Of a DNA stretch of 21,604 nt, positions 10,125 to 20,991 are shown in pieces; position 1 is the stretch's first letter; each line of letters begins with the position of its first letter. The stretch is from Selaginella moellendorffii (Eukaryota; Plantae; Lycopodiophyta): the NCBI RefSeq assembly GCF_000143415.4, contig NW_003314504.1, positions 1-21,604 of the forward strand. The letters are read 5' to 3'. A program made the translations under genes and the position numbers. The notes under the pieces are model-generated. The model searched no databases and was not told where the DNA came from. It saw nothing but the letters and a program-made list of their open reading frames with translations.

Positions 10125-11889
10125 TCACGCCAAGCTCATGGAAATGGACGCAGCGTGAGCACGTAAGACGCCGTTTACTTGCTCGATCGCAGCGCGAAGC
10201 CTCGCTTGCTTGGCCCACTCCATCACCAAACTTTGAGCTTCCGTGCCCTCCACACTCTGCTCCAAAGCCACCGCTGCCTCCACTAGTTTGCCGTCTTTCA
10301 TCAAGGTCTCCACTTGATCAAGCACGGATTCAATGCCCCCATCGTCAGGGTTGTCTTCTTTCACCTGTCCAACTCCAGTGTGTGAAAAAGAGAGGAAAGA
10401 CCAAACGCAAAAGTAGATAGAAAAACATACCTTGAGATTCGAAGCACCGCGAGCAATCAAATGTGACACTGCTCCACCTCCAGTGGAAGGAATGAGAATC
10501 AGCTCACGGAGCTTTGGCTTCGACTCCACAAACTACAAAAATAGGAATGTAAACGTAAAAAGTAAGCCATAAGGGGTCAGAAAGGAGAGATTTCTTTTAT
10601 ATACGTACACTGTTTTGAAGCTGTAAAGGTGTTGACGACCCTCCTTTGAGGGCCTCCTCCGGTAACGAGGAAATGGCAGCATCGATCAAAGAATCTCCTC
10701 CTCGCAAGAATTCCACCTCCTTCTCTAGAGGCTCTCCATTGAGCATGGCGTTCTCAAACGCAAACACACCCTGTGACATCCATCTATACTCAACTAGTGG
10801 CAAAATAAGGGAGTAAAAAAACAGAACCGAGGGCTGAGGAGGGTTGATTTCATACCATTACCATAGCAAGCTTCCTCAGTATATAGCTCTTTTCCAAGTC
10901 GCTACCGCTGAGGCCTAAAGCCTCTACCTGAAAACTCAAACAAAGTCAAGTTGTGACTTCCTCCTTTGGAAGAAAAGTATCACCTGGCGTTTGAGCTCTG
11001 TAATTTCATTCACAAGACGAAGTTTATCCTTGCCAGCTTCCTCACTTTGTTTGGATTTCGCGTTGGCACTAGCCTCTTCTTTCTATGCCCACCAACGGAC
11101 GGAGGATGAGCACAAAAAGAAAAAGAAAAAGCTATCGACACCAACCAGAGTTTTGATCTCCTCTTGCAGCTTTGACGCAATCATGTCGGCTTGAGACTTC
11201 AATTCTGACGCGTGCTTGGCTGTTTCATTCTCAAGCTCCTGTAACACACTGTAATTCTGGCTGGTGAAAAACGAAGAAAGAGCAATACCTTTTCCAGTTG
11301 CTTGGCACGAGCTTCACTGTCCGATGCCTTTGTTTGAGCTTCTTTTAATTCTTGCTCATACTTTGCCTGAAAACCATTGTGAGCAGCTACAGCTTGAAAG
11401 GCCAGAGATCGTACCTCGATCTGCTTCAAGTGATCCTCGTAGGCCTTCTCCACCTCGGCCTTCACATCCCTTGGAGCCTCCTCCTCGTGTGCCCTTGGTT
11501 CGTGTTTGGTAGCCTAGAAAAGCATCACTCATGCTTAGAAGAAGCAGCAAACAGAGAAGACTTCCTACCAATGCTCGCTGCTCCTGGGAAAAGTCATAGT
11601 ATTCCTTCGCGACTGTGGCTCCCATCAAACAAATCGATCCCAGGAGGAACTTGTCGATGCCATCCAGCGGCTTCTTGGGCATGAAAGACGCAGTAGACAA
11701 ATGCCGCGCGGCCCGGAATGGATTGGATGAGCTCCTCAGTCCGATCGGCTACACAATCAAGAATTCCATCCCTGTCAACGCAGCCCCGATGGATCGACCA
11801 GTAATCCATCCACATACCAGGAATTGTTGCGCGTTGCCGCCGCCGACGATCGCTGCTCGCCTCCAGCCGCGCGCGACGAGAGCGCTCAT
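10125..11889 (-). CDS. MIC60: MICOS complex subunit Mic60/mitofilin; 10 exons (11889-11818, 11748-11569, 11513-11415, 11366-11289, 11238-11146, 11082-10984, 10927-10862, 10770-10609, 10532-10431, 10364-10125); 396 aa
   Basis: Arg/Ser-rich presequence (MSALVARGWRR...RAARHLST), short hydrophobic anchor (FLLGSICLMGATVA), E/K coiled coil, plant mitofilin C-terminus (LIPSTGGGAVSH...GGIESVL...GKLVEAAVALEQSVEGTEA...EWAKQARLRAAIEQ). All introns GT-AG. Confidence 0.85.
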
Positions 11890-12290
11890 CGCAAACTAGG
11901 GTAGCCTGCGACCTGGCATAGCTAAAATAGGGCAAGCACACCTTCGTCTGTTTCATGTGAAAATTTCGCGGTGAAAATTTTCCACCTTACTTGGAAGGGG
12001 CAAATTTGTCACAATCTTTGCTTTCCAAGATGGGGGCAGTTACCAGGGAAGTTGCCAACCATCTTGGGCCGTCCATTGGGTCAGATCGACGGACAGCATC
12101 AGCCTGCCGTTCAGCCCTTTAGGTCTGGCGGTACGCGGCGCATCGCCGCCGTCCAAGGCGGGAGACCGACGGCCACGATTCGCCCCAGACCTATCCTTAC
12201 GACCACCGACCGTCGATGGCTTTGGCTGGACGGTCCTGATAAGACGGCCCAAACTGGAAACCGAGGGTTTCCGAGAGTTTAGGGTTTGAG
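11890..12290. promoter_or_regulatory. Divergent promoter region with site II motifs (TGGGCC 12065-12070, GGCCCA 12246-12251) and a telo-box (TTAGGGTTT 12279-12287)
   Basis: Lies between head-to-head genes; motifs read directly. Confidence 0.55.
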
Positions 12291-12619
12291 GGCGATCGAT
12301 CGATCGAATGCCACACGCCGCTCGACGCCGCTTGCGCGGATCTATGCCGCCGTGTTCTTCTCGCGGCCGACGCCTCACATTTTGGTACGCTCCCAGATTT
12401 TGATTCCCCCCCTTTCCCCTTCTCTGAGCTCTTGTAAGATTTCCCTCGGAATTTTTCTCCTTTCTCCCCTCTCGCTGCTCCTCCTGTATGTATAGAGTGG
12501 TGGAGCTCTCTTTCTCGTGTACAGCCGCTGTAAATACTAGTCCCTCGAAGAGCAAGCTGGATTTCTATACCCCCCGAAGCCTCGGCAATGCCGAGCAAAT
12601 CCTAGAGAGTTTGGGAGAG

Positions 12620-13249
12620 ATGAACGAGCGGTGGCGCGTCCGGTCGGGGATCCATGTAGATAGCAAAGTCAACGAAGAGTTAGTGTGTCCCAAGCCCAGA
12701 AGGCCGGCTACCGTGGTCTCTTGCTTCTCTCCGGAGCCTCTCAAGCCCCATCCTTCCACGCGAATGCACTGCGGGTACGATGGAGGAACTTTCTCTTCTT
12801 CTCTTTCGTCTTTGGTGCTAACTCTTCTCTTGTTTTTTCTTTCGTTTCTAGTGACGGGGATGTGGGCTTTGAGATCCTTGACATTTTTCTGAGGAAGGTA
12901 AGCGGAGAGTGGTTTGTTCGATCTAGAGAGTTGGGCTTGGTCGCTGACACACAGCTCTTGTTTTGTTTTCCTATGCCAGGCCTCCTCCGGGGAATCATCA
13001 AATTTTTGTTGTTCTCCACCATATTTTTGTGGCTCGCCACCGAGCCGAGCAGGCAACCCACTTATACATGATGTACAGTTTACACACCAGCGCAGCAACG
13101 CCGCCGCCACCGCGGCCGCGTCTCCTCTGATATGCTCCCAGCAGCAAAAGAGTGTCCGCGAGCCGGCCCGAGCGTCCAAGCCTCCGGTCCGAGTGGAAGG
13201 ATTCGTTCCATCCGGTCCGGACTCGAGGAGCGTCTCGGCGCTGGCATAG
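12620..13249 (+). CDS. Conserved plant protein of unknown function (CPKPRR / GSPPxRAxNP / VRVEGF family, At5g16110/At1g68490-like); exons 12620-12774, 12852-12897, 12980-13249; 156 aa
   Basis: Spliced product MNERW...ELVCPKPRRP...GFEILDIFLRK|...SPPYFCGSPPSRAGNPLIHDVQF...PPVRVEGF...VSALA* carries all the family motifs in order. Family assignment is from memory. Confidence 0.85.
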
Positions 13250-13927
13250 GGGGGGAGCTGCGCGTTATTTTTCCTCTTCGTCCTCAAATTTTCCATCGCC
13301 CAAGTTACTACTTCAGGCAAGCTGGTGATTTTGGCAAAGTTCTTTCGTTTTCATCTCTCCTCCTCCATCGTCACAACTCACAAGGAGGTTGTATACTTTT
13401 TTCTCTCGTAAGCTGGCGAGAGAGATCTTGCGCTGCTGCTAGCACAGGTGTTTCAACCAAATAAGAACGAGGATCATCGTTCCAGCGAAAGCAAGCACTC
13501 TCCTCCGGCAAAGAGCCTCGGATTATCATCGTCATCGTCTCTTTTCTCCATTTGGTTTCGTCGCCCCTCTTCTCTCTTGTACACAAGAAATCTAGTGAGT
13601 GCCTCTCCTTCTCCCTTCTCGATTCTCGATCGGTTAAGTCGGTTGAGAGCAAGAAAAAATTTTCCCCTTTCCCCTTCGCTTCTCGGCAGAGCTTTTGTAC
13701 ATATATATTTCAAGCTGATCCCCTTGTAAACTTTTGTAATCTTTGAAATAGTTTTTCCAATCAATCAAAAAGCTTTGGTGTACTTTGAAAAAGAAGGAAT
13801 TGGTTGGAGGAGGCGCGAAGGATTCGTGTGCGCCGACGCGTCCCGCGTGTGTTGTCTTTGTCGGGAATCATACCTTCCCCCCTTTGACCAGCCTAGTCAA
13901 AATTTGACCAAAAAAGTCAAAGAAGCC

Positions 13928-15972
13928 CTAATTTCTGCTCAAGAACCCTAGAAACCCGTCGTTCTCGTAGCTGTTGGCCATGAGGACGTAGGCCGGGGAT
14001 CCTCGATCGTCGAGCGCCAGGAGCGCCTCAAACGCGATCTTCCCGACGCGCACATTGCCCCATTTCCTACACGAGCTCAACAGCGACGTCCACAGCCTCA
14101 CATTGCCCCCGTGCGGCATCTCCTCCACCATCGCCATGGCCTCGCCCAGCTGATTCGCGCGCCCCAGCACATCCACCATGCAGTTGTAGTGCTCCACGCT
14201 GGGATCCACCCCGAACCGCGGCGATCGCATCAGCGCAAAGTAGAATCTGGCTCGATCCACGAGGCCCGCGTGGCCGCAGGCCGAGAGGATCGAGAGGAAC
14301 GTCACTCCATCCGGGCGGACTCCACTGTTCTTGGCGCCCATGTCGTCGAAGAGCTGGAAGCAGCGATCGAAGTCCCCCTGATCGGCGTACCCGGCGATGA
14401 GAGCGTTCCAGGCGACGAGATCGCGGCGGGGCATGGAATCAAACACCCGGCGTGCCTCGCCCATGCTGCCACACTTGGCGTAGAAATCCAGCACGCACGT
14501 CTCCAGGATCGAGTGCGCGGCCAGATCGTCCCGCGCCGCGATCTCCTCGTGGAGCTTCCGCCCCCGCTCCAGATCCGCCAGCGCTCCACACGCCTTGAGC
14601 GCCGCGATGTAAGCGCCCGAGTCGGGCACCAACCCGGCGTCCTCGCGCATCGTACGAAAGAGACGCAGCGCGAGCCCGGCGTCGCCATTTTCGGCATATG
14701 CCAGCACCATGGTCGCCCACGTCACCACGTTGCGGTCTACCATGGCGTCGAATATCCGCCGCGCGTCTGCCGCGGTGCCGCACTTGCCGTACATTTCGAT
14801 GAGCGCGTTGGCCACGAAGACGCTGGACTGGAATCCATCGCCGGCAGCTCGAGCGTGGAGGTAGAAGCCCCTCTCGAGCGCTCCAGCTTTGAAAACTCTG
14901 GTGGTTCTTCCAGCGATCTTGAGCTTAGTGCTACCATCTTCAGTCATTCTGGAGCTACCATCGCTGTTATCCTGGATCTCGGTGCTACCATCGTTGTTAC
15001 CATCTTTGATCTTGGTGCCACCCTCGCTGCTGGTGCTACCATCTACGACTTCTAAGAGCTTTCCATCTTCTCTCGACGCGAAGCTCGCGCAGGCCTTGAT
15101 CGCAGCGGTGTAGCTCCGACCATCCGGCCGGAATCCCTCACTTTCCATCCGCTGGAAGAGATCCAGCGCCTCCTGACCATCGCCACTCTCGGCGTATCCC
15201 ATCATCAGCGTGTTCCACGAGATCACGCAGTGGCAGCTTCGATCAAACACCCTCCTCGCGTCGGCCATGCTCGAGCACTTCCCATACATGTCCACCAGCG
15301 TATTCGCGACGTAGACGTTGGATTCCAGCCCATAGCAGCACGCCTGCGAGTGTAGAGCCATCCCTCTCTCCAGGAGCTTGCTCTTGACGTTGTCCTCGCC
15401 AATCTGGCGATCCTCCTCTTCCAGTGCCAGGATCGCGCAAGCTCGCAGTGCCGCCACGAAAGTCCGGCCATCCGGTCGAAATCCCTCGTCTAGCATCCGC
15501 TGGAAGAGCTCGAGCGCGACGCGAGGCTCGCCGCAATCGGCGTAGCCGGCGATGATCGCGTTCCAGGACACCACCGTGGAGGAGCGCGCAGTGGCAGTGA
15601 TCTCGAAGAGTTGCCGAGCCTCGCCGACGCTACCACACTTGGCGTACATGTCGATCAGGGTGTTCACCACGAAAATATTTGCCATCTCTCGCGAATCACT
15701 GAGCTCGCGGTGGATTGTCCGCCCGGCTTCCAGATATCTGGAGCTGCTGCACAGCTTGAGCGCTGCCAGAGTGATTGGCACGCTGGGCGTGGCTCCATCC
15801 CTCCTGATTCTCTCATAGATCTTCAACGCATCGGTAGAACTTCCCTGGAAAGAATGGAGTCTTTGGTGATTTCCACTCTAGAATCGCGTATTACCTTCTT
15901 CGTTCCTCCTCCCGCGGACTGTGCGCATTCCCTGCTGTGGAGAGCTGGCGATAATCTCGCGAGCAGCAGCAT
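13928..15972 (-). CDS. PLS-class pentatricopeptide repeat protein ending in a partial E domain; exons 15972-15895, 15844-13928; ~664 aa
   Basis: Repeated NTLIDMYAKCGS / VVSWNAIIAGYA / PDGRTFVAALRAC triplets, TFLSILSACGHAGLVD, EHYNCMVDVLGRA, WTSLLSSCRKWGN. An in-frame upstream exon MLLLARLSPALHSR... joins through a 50-nt GT-AG intron (start less certain). Confidence 0.92.
14916..15043 (-). repeat. Degenerate coding tandem repeat (GATGGTAGCAC-type units, 'DGST') inside the PPR gene
   Basis: The + strand shows GTGCTACCATC/GAGCTACCATC/GTTACCATC recurring about every 12-30 nt. Confidence 0.7.
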
Positions 15973-16157
15973 GAGTGGCGCATTCTTCCTCTTCCCCAGC
16001 AGAAGATTTTCTAGGGCACAAATATTCGAGTATATTCTAGAACAATAGAATATTTTGCGAACCTAAAAGGATTTTTTTTGTCAGATAGAATAATATTTAT
16101 GCTGTACTTAAGCATTAATAATTTAAAGTCTTCCCACCACCTTGAATTATGTTTCCT

Positions 16158-16500
16158 TAATACACATTACATTCCCTTGTGATCACCACCCAGAGACAAG
16201 AGCTCGTTCCCATAGGTGATCCCAAAAGCCCTCAACACAATCTCTACCCGGCCGTACCACCTCTCTCGATCCAAGAGCTACATACGGTGTACCAAATGGA
16301 TCGTTGTACGGCAAGAGGGAATGGAGCATATTCCCCGTGATTGTCCCCTCATATCTGGTCCATCACAAGCAGCTTCACTTGCACCACAACATTTCAATCA
16401 GTGTGACTGCCCACTCAATTTACTCGTTGACAAGAACTTTGTGGAGGTTCTAGTTCTCTAAATATTCTATGATCTTTCCAGCAAGCTCTTTCACCTGTTG
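16158..16500 (-). pseudogene. Degenerate copy of the orphan gene at 20094-20627
   Basis: Shares AATACACATTAC, GTGATCCCAAAAGCCCTCAACACAATCTCTACC, CTCTCGATCCAA, ATGGAGCATAT, CATATCTGGT and CAGTGTGAC with 20096-20490; carries deletions and frameshifts; no recognisable signal-peptide region. Confidence 0.85.
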
Positions 16501-16687
16501 AGTGGTGCATGTGGACTCCTTAGTGAGATATCATGAGGAGCTTGTGGAAATGCATTGCAAATTTGTAATTACACATGAAGTGAAATATCTCTGGAATTTT
16601 TTAAATTTACTTTTGATATTTACAAAGATGGCCTCCTTCACACCTTTCTTCTTGATTTTTAATTTTTAATTTTTTTGTTTTTCATAT

Positions 16688-16935
16688 AATCTGAACTCTA
16701 TATACTGATAACAAGAATTACAAGTTCTCAAATCAATAGTTTTCTTTTGTGACACACACAACAAGCTTTTTTGAAAGATTAGTGCTAATTTAATGATGTT
16801 TAAAGAGATTTCTTAACTCTACCAATCTGAACTCTATGTACTGATCACAAGAATTATAAATTCTCAGATCAATAGTGAAGATTGGTGCTAACTCATAATT
16901 TCATCATTTGATGAAGTTTAGAAGGATTTCTTGAG
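16688..16935. repeat. Two-copy imperfect direct repeat, period ~136 nt
   Basis: AATCTGAACTCTAT.TACTGAT..CAAGAATTA.AA.TTCTCA.ATCAATAGT starts at 16688 and 16824; each is followed by AAGATT.GTGCTAA and GATTTCTT. Confidence 0.8.
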
Positions 16936-17269
16936 ATTTTCCACATTGTGTGAAAAAGGTCTTTTGATCATTACAAGTGGATTTTGTCACAACCTAAAAA
17001 ACACAATTTAGCTCTACATTATTTCCATATGGCTTTTGACAAAGTTTCAGGAAAAGGTTTAGCACAAGTTTCAGGATTTTTTGTTTGGTGAGATATTCCT
17101 TTCTTTCATGATTTTTGGTGCTGTATCCATATTAGAGACTATTAGCTTAATAAAAATATTCTATTACAAATGAGAACTAAGTTATCCTAAAACATCACTT
17201 TATTTTAAAATAATTTTTCATAAGCCGCAGCTAAAGTCATTTTACAACAGTCTCAGCTAATCAAAGCAG

Positions 17270-17659
17270 TTATAGAATTTTATAGCACTTAACCTCTGCA
17301 ATGTTTGTGTTAGTACTGATGCTTTTCTAGTGAGTTAGCTTTACAAATAGAACCAATGTCATTGTAAAACAACCAAAGCATCTATTATTATTAGCAATCT
17401 TGTGCCACCTAGATAACCTTTGTGATGCAATCTGCTGGTGATAAACAGGGCCTATCTCAAAGGAATATACTCCATTCCCTTATATCTGTTGTTGATGAGA
17501 TGAGGGAATCTATCCTCTATGAGCTTTTGGATCCAGAGTGGTGGTATGGTGTAGTGCAAATTGTGTTGAGGGCTTTTGGGATCATCTATGTAGTGCAGAG
17601 GGATGAGCTCCTGTCTTTGGGTTGGCTATGGAATCACTAGAGAATATAATCAGTATTGA
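17270..17659 (+). pseudogene. Second degenerate copy (inverted) of the orphan gene at 20094-20627
   Basis: Translates EMRESILYELLDPEWWYGVVQIVLRAFGIIYVVQRDELLSLG versus EMGESIFYELLDRERWYGAVEIVLRAFGITYEVQRDELLALG, then frameshifts. 5' boundary uncertain. Confidence 0.85.
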
Positions 17660-20093
17660 GGGACTTGGAAAGTAAAAAAATCAAATATTCTTGCCATACC
17701 TTTTTATACTTTTTCTATTTACTTTTTATATTTTTAACTCTTTAACTATAAAAAAGGAAGTGGTTAAAGAGGCATGGCCTACAAACTGAAAGAGATAAAC
17801 AAAGGACTCAAAGTGGAATAACATTAGAAGCATCCCACCATGAGTGTATGAAGTGTTGACATATTTCGAGCTTGACATATCTAGGGCTGGACACATTGGG
17901 GCCTGGAGATGTGAAACCACATACCATATATTTGATCTAATATTTTTATTAGTGGTAAAAACTTAATCAAGGAGAAAAGAAAATCTACATATGATGATCA
18001 AGGACACTTAACTTATATTTTCGTTGGATATAACAAGATTTAAAATATGTTATATTAGAACTGACTAACCATAGAGAATAATTTCACAACCTAAGAGAAG
18101 AGCCTTGGATTTCCTTCAATTATATATTTCTTCTAAACATGTAACTTCAAAATGGGGCATAGAAGTTTATACATATTTTATATGTAGTGTTAAAGCTTGA
18201 AAGCTTATCTGTATAGTAGGCAAGTTTTGCATTTTAGAAAAAATAAACTAATGCCTCTTCTGCAAAGGCAATGTTGTAAACCATTAGCAAACACCTAGCT
18301 TTAATTAGTTTTGAACTCTTACCTAGAAGTCAAGTGGATTCTCTAAAATGGGAGTTGAGCAAGCAATACGTACAAATGCATGCTGTTCTGTTCCATATCT
18401 TTTGCACATGGGCCCATGTGAGGTTGATTTGGTGCCTAGGTGGCACCCCTTGTAACATCAGACACCTATGTAATTCTAGATGACAAACATGAGAGGTTCA
18501 AAATTCCTACTAGAGTGTGTTGCCATTATGCTCATGCTTGTCAATTTTTGCTATATAAGGCTGTGGTTGGGCTTTTGAAAAAACATCGATTCAATATTAT
18601 TGATGGGGGTTTTTGCTTTGGAATATCATTTATGGGTAGCCGTTTCCGCTCTGTAGATGGAACAAAGCTGGGAAATATTAGGCATAATAGAGCAAGGATT
18701 ACTACAAGGCAAGGTCAAGGAGGCTTGGCTCGGATCAAGAAATAAAGAAGCTTTGTTAATGCAACAATAGTCCCCATTTTTTATCTGCTCCTAATAAATA
18801 TCTCAATTCCAAGCCAGCTTAGTCCTTTTTCATCCCTAATATACATAGAGATTGTCACCTTGAAATGGTAAATAAAATTTTTAAGATAATGTATGTCATA
18901 TCTTTTGCATGGGTCTAGATTTCTCTGATTGTGACGTCAGTTTTTAAGGCTTAGTAGGTTCAAAATTCCCACTAGAATATAATTTACAATATGAAGGCCA
19001 GCTCACCTACAAGGAACTTTGTGCTCTTGCATTTAGGGGGAGTAGGAGGTGGAGGTGCGTTGACAAGCACCACACTACCAGCTTCTGAGAGGACTCTAAA
19101 CTTCAGCTCACAGGAGACATGGATGTGAAGGAGTTGGATGGCCTTGTGGCCACACTCCATCTAGCATTATTATCTCCTTGGATGACAGATCCCTCTTGCT
19201 TGAGATTTAAATTGTTTCACTATATCAGTCTTGAGATCTTTCTTGATGTACGCTACCTTGAATATAAATTCTAAACTTTGAATATGTTTAAAAATTCAAT
19301 ACTTGTGTTTTAGCTTGTTGATTTGGGGACAAATGTTAGCCCGAGATTATGTCTAGGAGAGTGGAGTTAAAGTTATGCCACAATTTCCTTTTGCAGGGCA
19401 AATGCTTAAAATCAAGGACCATTGTTGAATTTACAAGAATTTTCCCACTTTAACTTGTAGATTGGTTACAAACACAAGTATATATTGATTTATAAATGCT
19501 TTGACATGGAATTTTAGTTTTGAAACAGGTTTTACATGGTACTTATTAGAGAAGTATGAGAGTACCATATGATGGGTTCATCCAGCCCTAGTAGGCAAAA
19601 CCATACCATACAAATTAGCTTTTGTGGGGAACATTGCTACATGAACATTACAACGTCAGAAATGACATTCTAGTTTCTTGAGTCTTTGACATTTGAAGCT
19701 TTGCTAAAACTTGGTGGATAGGACAAGTCTTCACCTCAGTGCCTGATGATCAAGCACTGCTAAATGCTGCAGAAGTTGGTGCAACACCACTCCTTCTAGT
19801 TGGAGTATCTGCATCTTTGTTGTATGGCCGTGAACAACTACCCCAGAACTGTGAGAAGAATTTCTTCTGCATGGAAATGCAAGTACATTTCAGAATGATT
19901 GGTAAAGGTCTGAAATGGAACACTCTACATATGAGCTTACAATGGCTAATATAGCTATTGATGAGCTAGCAAACTTTTAATCTGACTACTTCCGCTGGAC
20001 ATGCCAAGGAATCAAATATTAGTAATATCTATTTACCTTTAATAAACAAGTCTAACTAATTGCTTAGTCTATAAAGCAAAAGCCTTAACTTCC

Positions 20094-20627
20094 TCAATAC
20101 ACATTACACTCCCTCATGATTCCATAGCCAGCACCCAGAGCCAAGAGCTCGTCCCTCTGCACCTCATACGTGATCCCAAAAGCCCTCAACACAATCTCTA
20201 CCGCGCCGTACCACCGCTCTCGATCCAAAAGCTCGTAGAAGATAGACTCCCCCATCTCACGCACAGCGTTTACCATATCCCCAAACGGATACACGTTGCT
20301 GGAGGAAGGCATGGAGCATATCCCCCCGCGATCTTCCCCCCATATCTGGTTCATCACCAGCAGCTGCACTCGCACCACGACGTTCCCCGTCAGTGTGACC
20401 GCCCACGCAATGGGCTCGTTGACGCGAACCTCGCGGAGGTTCAAGGTCCGTACATATTCTAAGATCCTTCCGATGAGCTCTCTCACCTCAGCCACTGTGA
20501 GCCTGTTGTAGTAAGCCCTGCGCAGGAAGAGGCCCAGGCGTGGCGGCGGCGCGAGGATCCCCCTGGTGAAGAACACAAGAGATATCGATATCATCAGGAG
20601 AAACGCAGAACGTCGATGGAGATGCAT
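20094..20627 (-). CDS. Intronless 177-aa orphan protein with a predicted signal peptide
   Basis: ATG-to-TGA ORF, GC-rich against AT-rich DNA on its 3' side; N-terminus MHLHRRSAFLLMISISLVFFTRGILA; TATAAAT at 20671-20665; two local paralogous remnants. No domain recognised. Confidence 0.75.
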   Translation of the reverse strand: MHLHRRSAFLLMISISLVFFTRGILAPPPRLGLFLRRAYYNRLTVAEVRELIGRILEYVRTLNLREVRVNEPIAWAVTLTGNVVVRVQLLVMNQIWGEDRGGICSMPSSSNVYPFGDMVNAVREMGESIFYELLDRERWYGAVEIVLRAFGITYEVQRDELLALGAGYGIMRECNVY

Positions 20628-20991
20628 TGCGAGCGAGAATGGATCGATTGATCGCTTACCTCTGATTTATATGCGTACGCAAGCCTGTCCATGCTCAGTC
20701 CGTCCCAATGTAGACTTTTCTGCTTTCCTTCCATTTTTTATTTCTAGATGTACTATCCTTCGAGGTGGGGCACCAGAAGTTTTTTACCATTGTGCCAGGA
20801 TCAAGCATCTGGGCATCGATCTTAACAAAGAGAGAAAAATACGAAGGTTAAGTGACAAAGCTCCAACGCTTGCCTGACTTTGAGCTATATATTCAAAGTT
20901 CCGCTTTGAGAAGGAAATAAACTACCACCTTTCCTGTCAAGGCAATCCATTAGCGAACAAAGAAACCATAGAAAAATGGGAGCTTACCTTA

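Noticed and set aside
12565-13320. 251-aa - strand ORF
   Set aside because: Runs antisense across exons and introns of a well-supported + strand gene, has a non-ATG start and no recognisable motif.
14111-15536. Several 66-314 aa ORFs overlapping the PPR gene
   Set aside because: Expected in GC-rich coding DNA; no motifs.
18440-18745. 101-aa + strand ORF
   Set aside because: GTG start, no motif, lies in degenerate DNA.
16100-20050. Transposable element call for the AT-rich island
   Set aside because: No terminal repeats, target-site duplication or transposase/RT motifs identified by eye.
20094-20155. RDEL ER-retention-like and CNVY CaaX-like motifs in the orphan protein
   Set aside because: RDEL is not C-terminal, and prenylation conflicts with a signal peptide.
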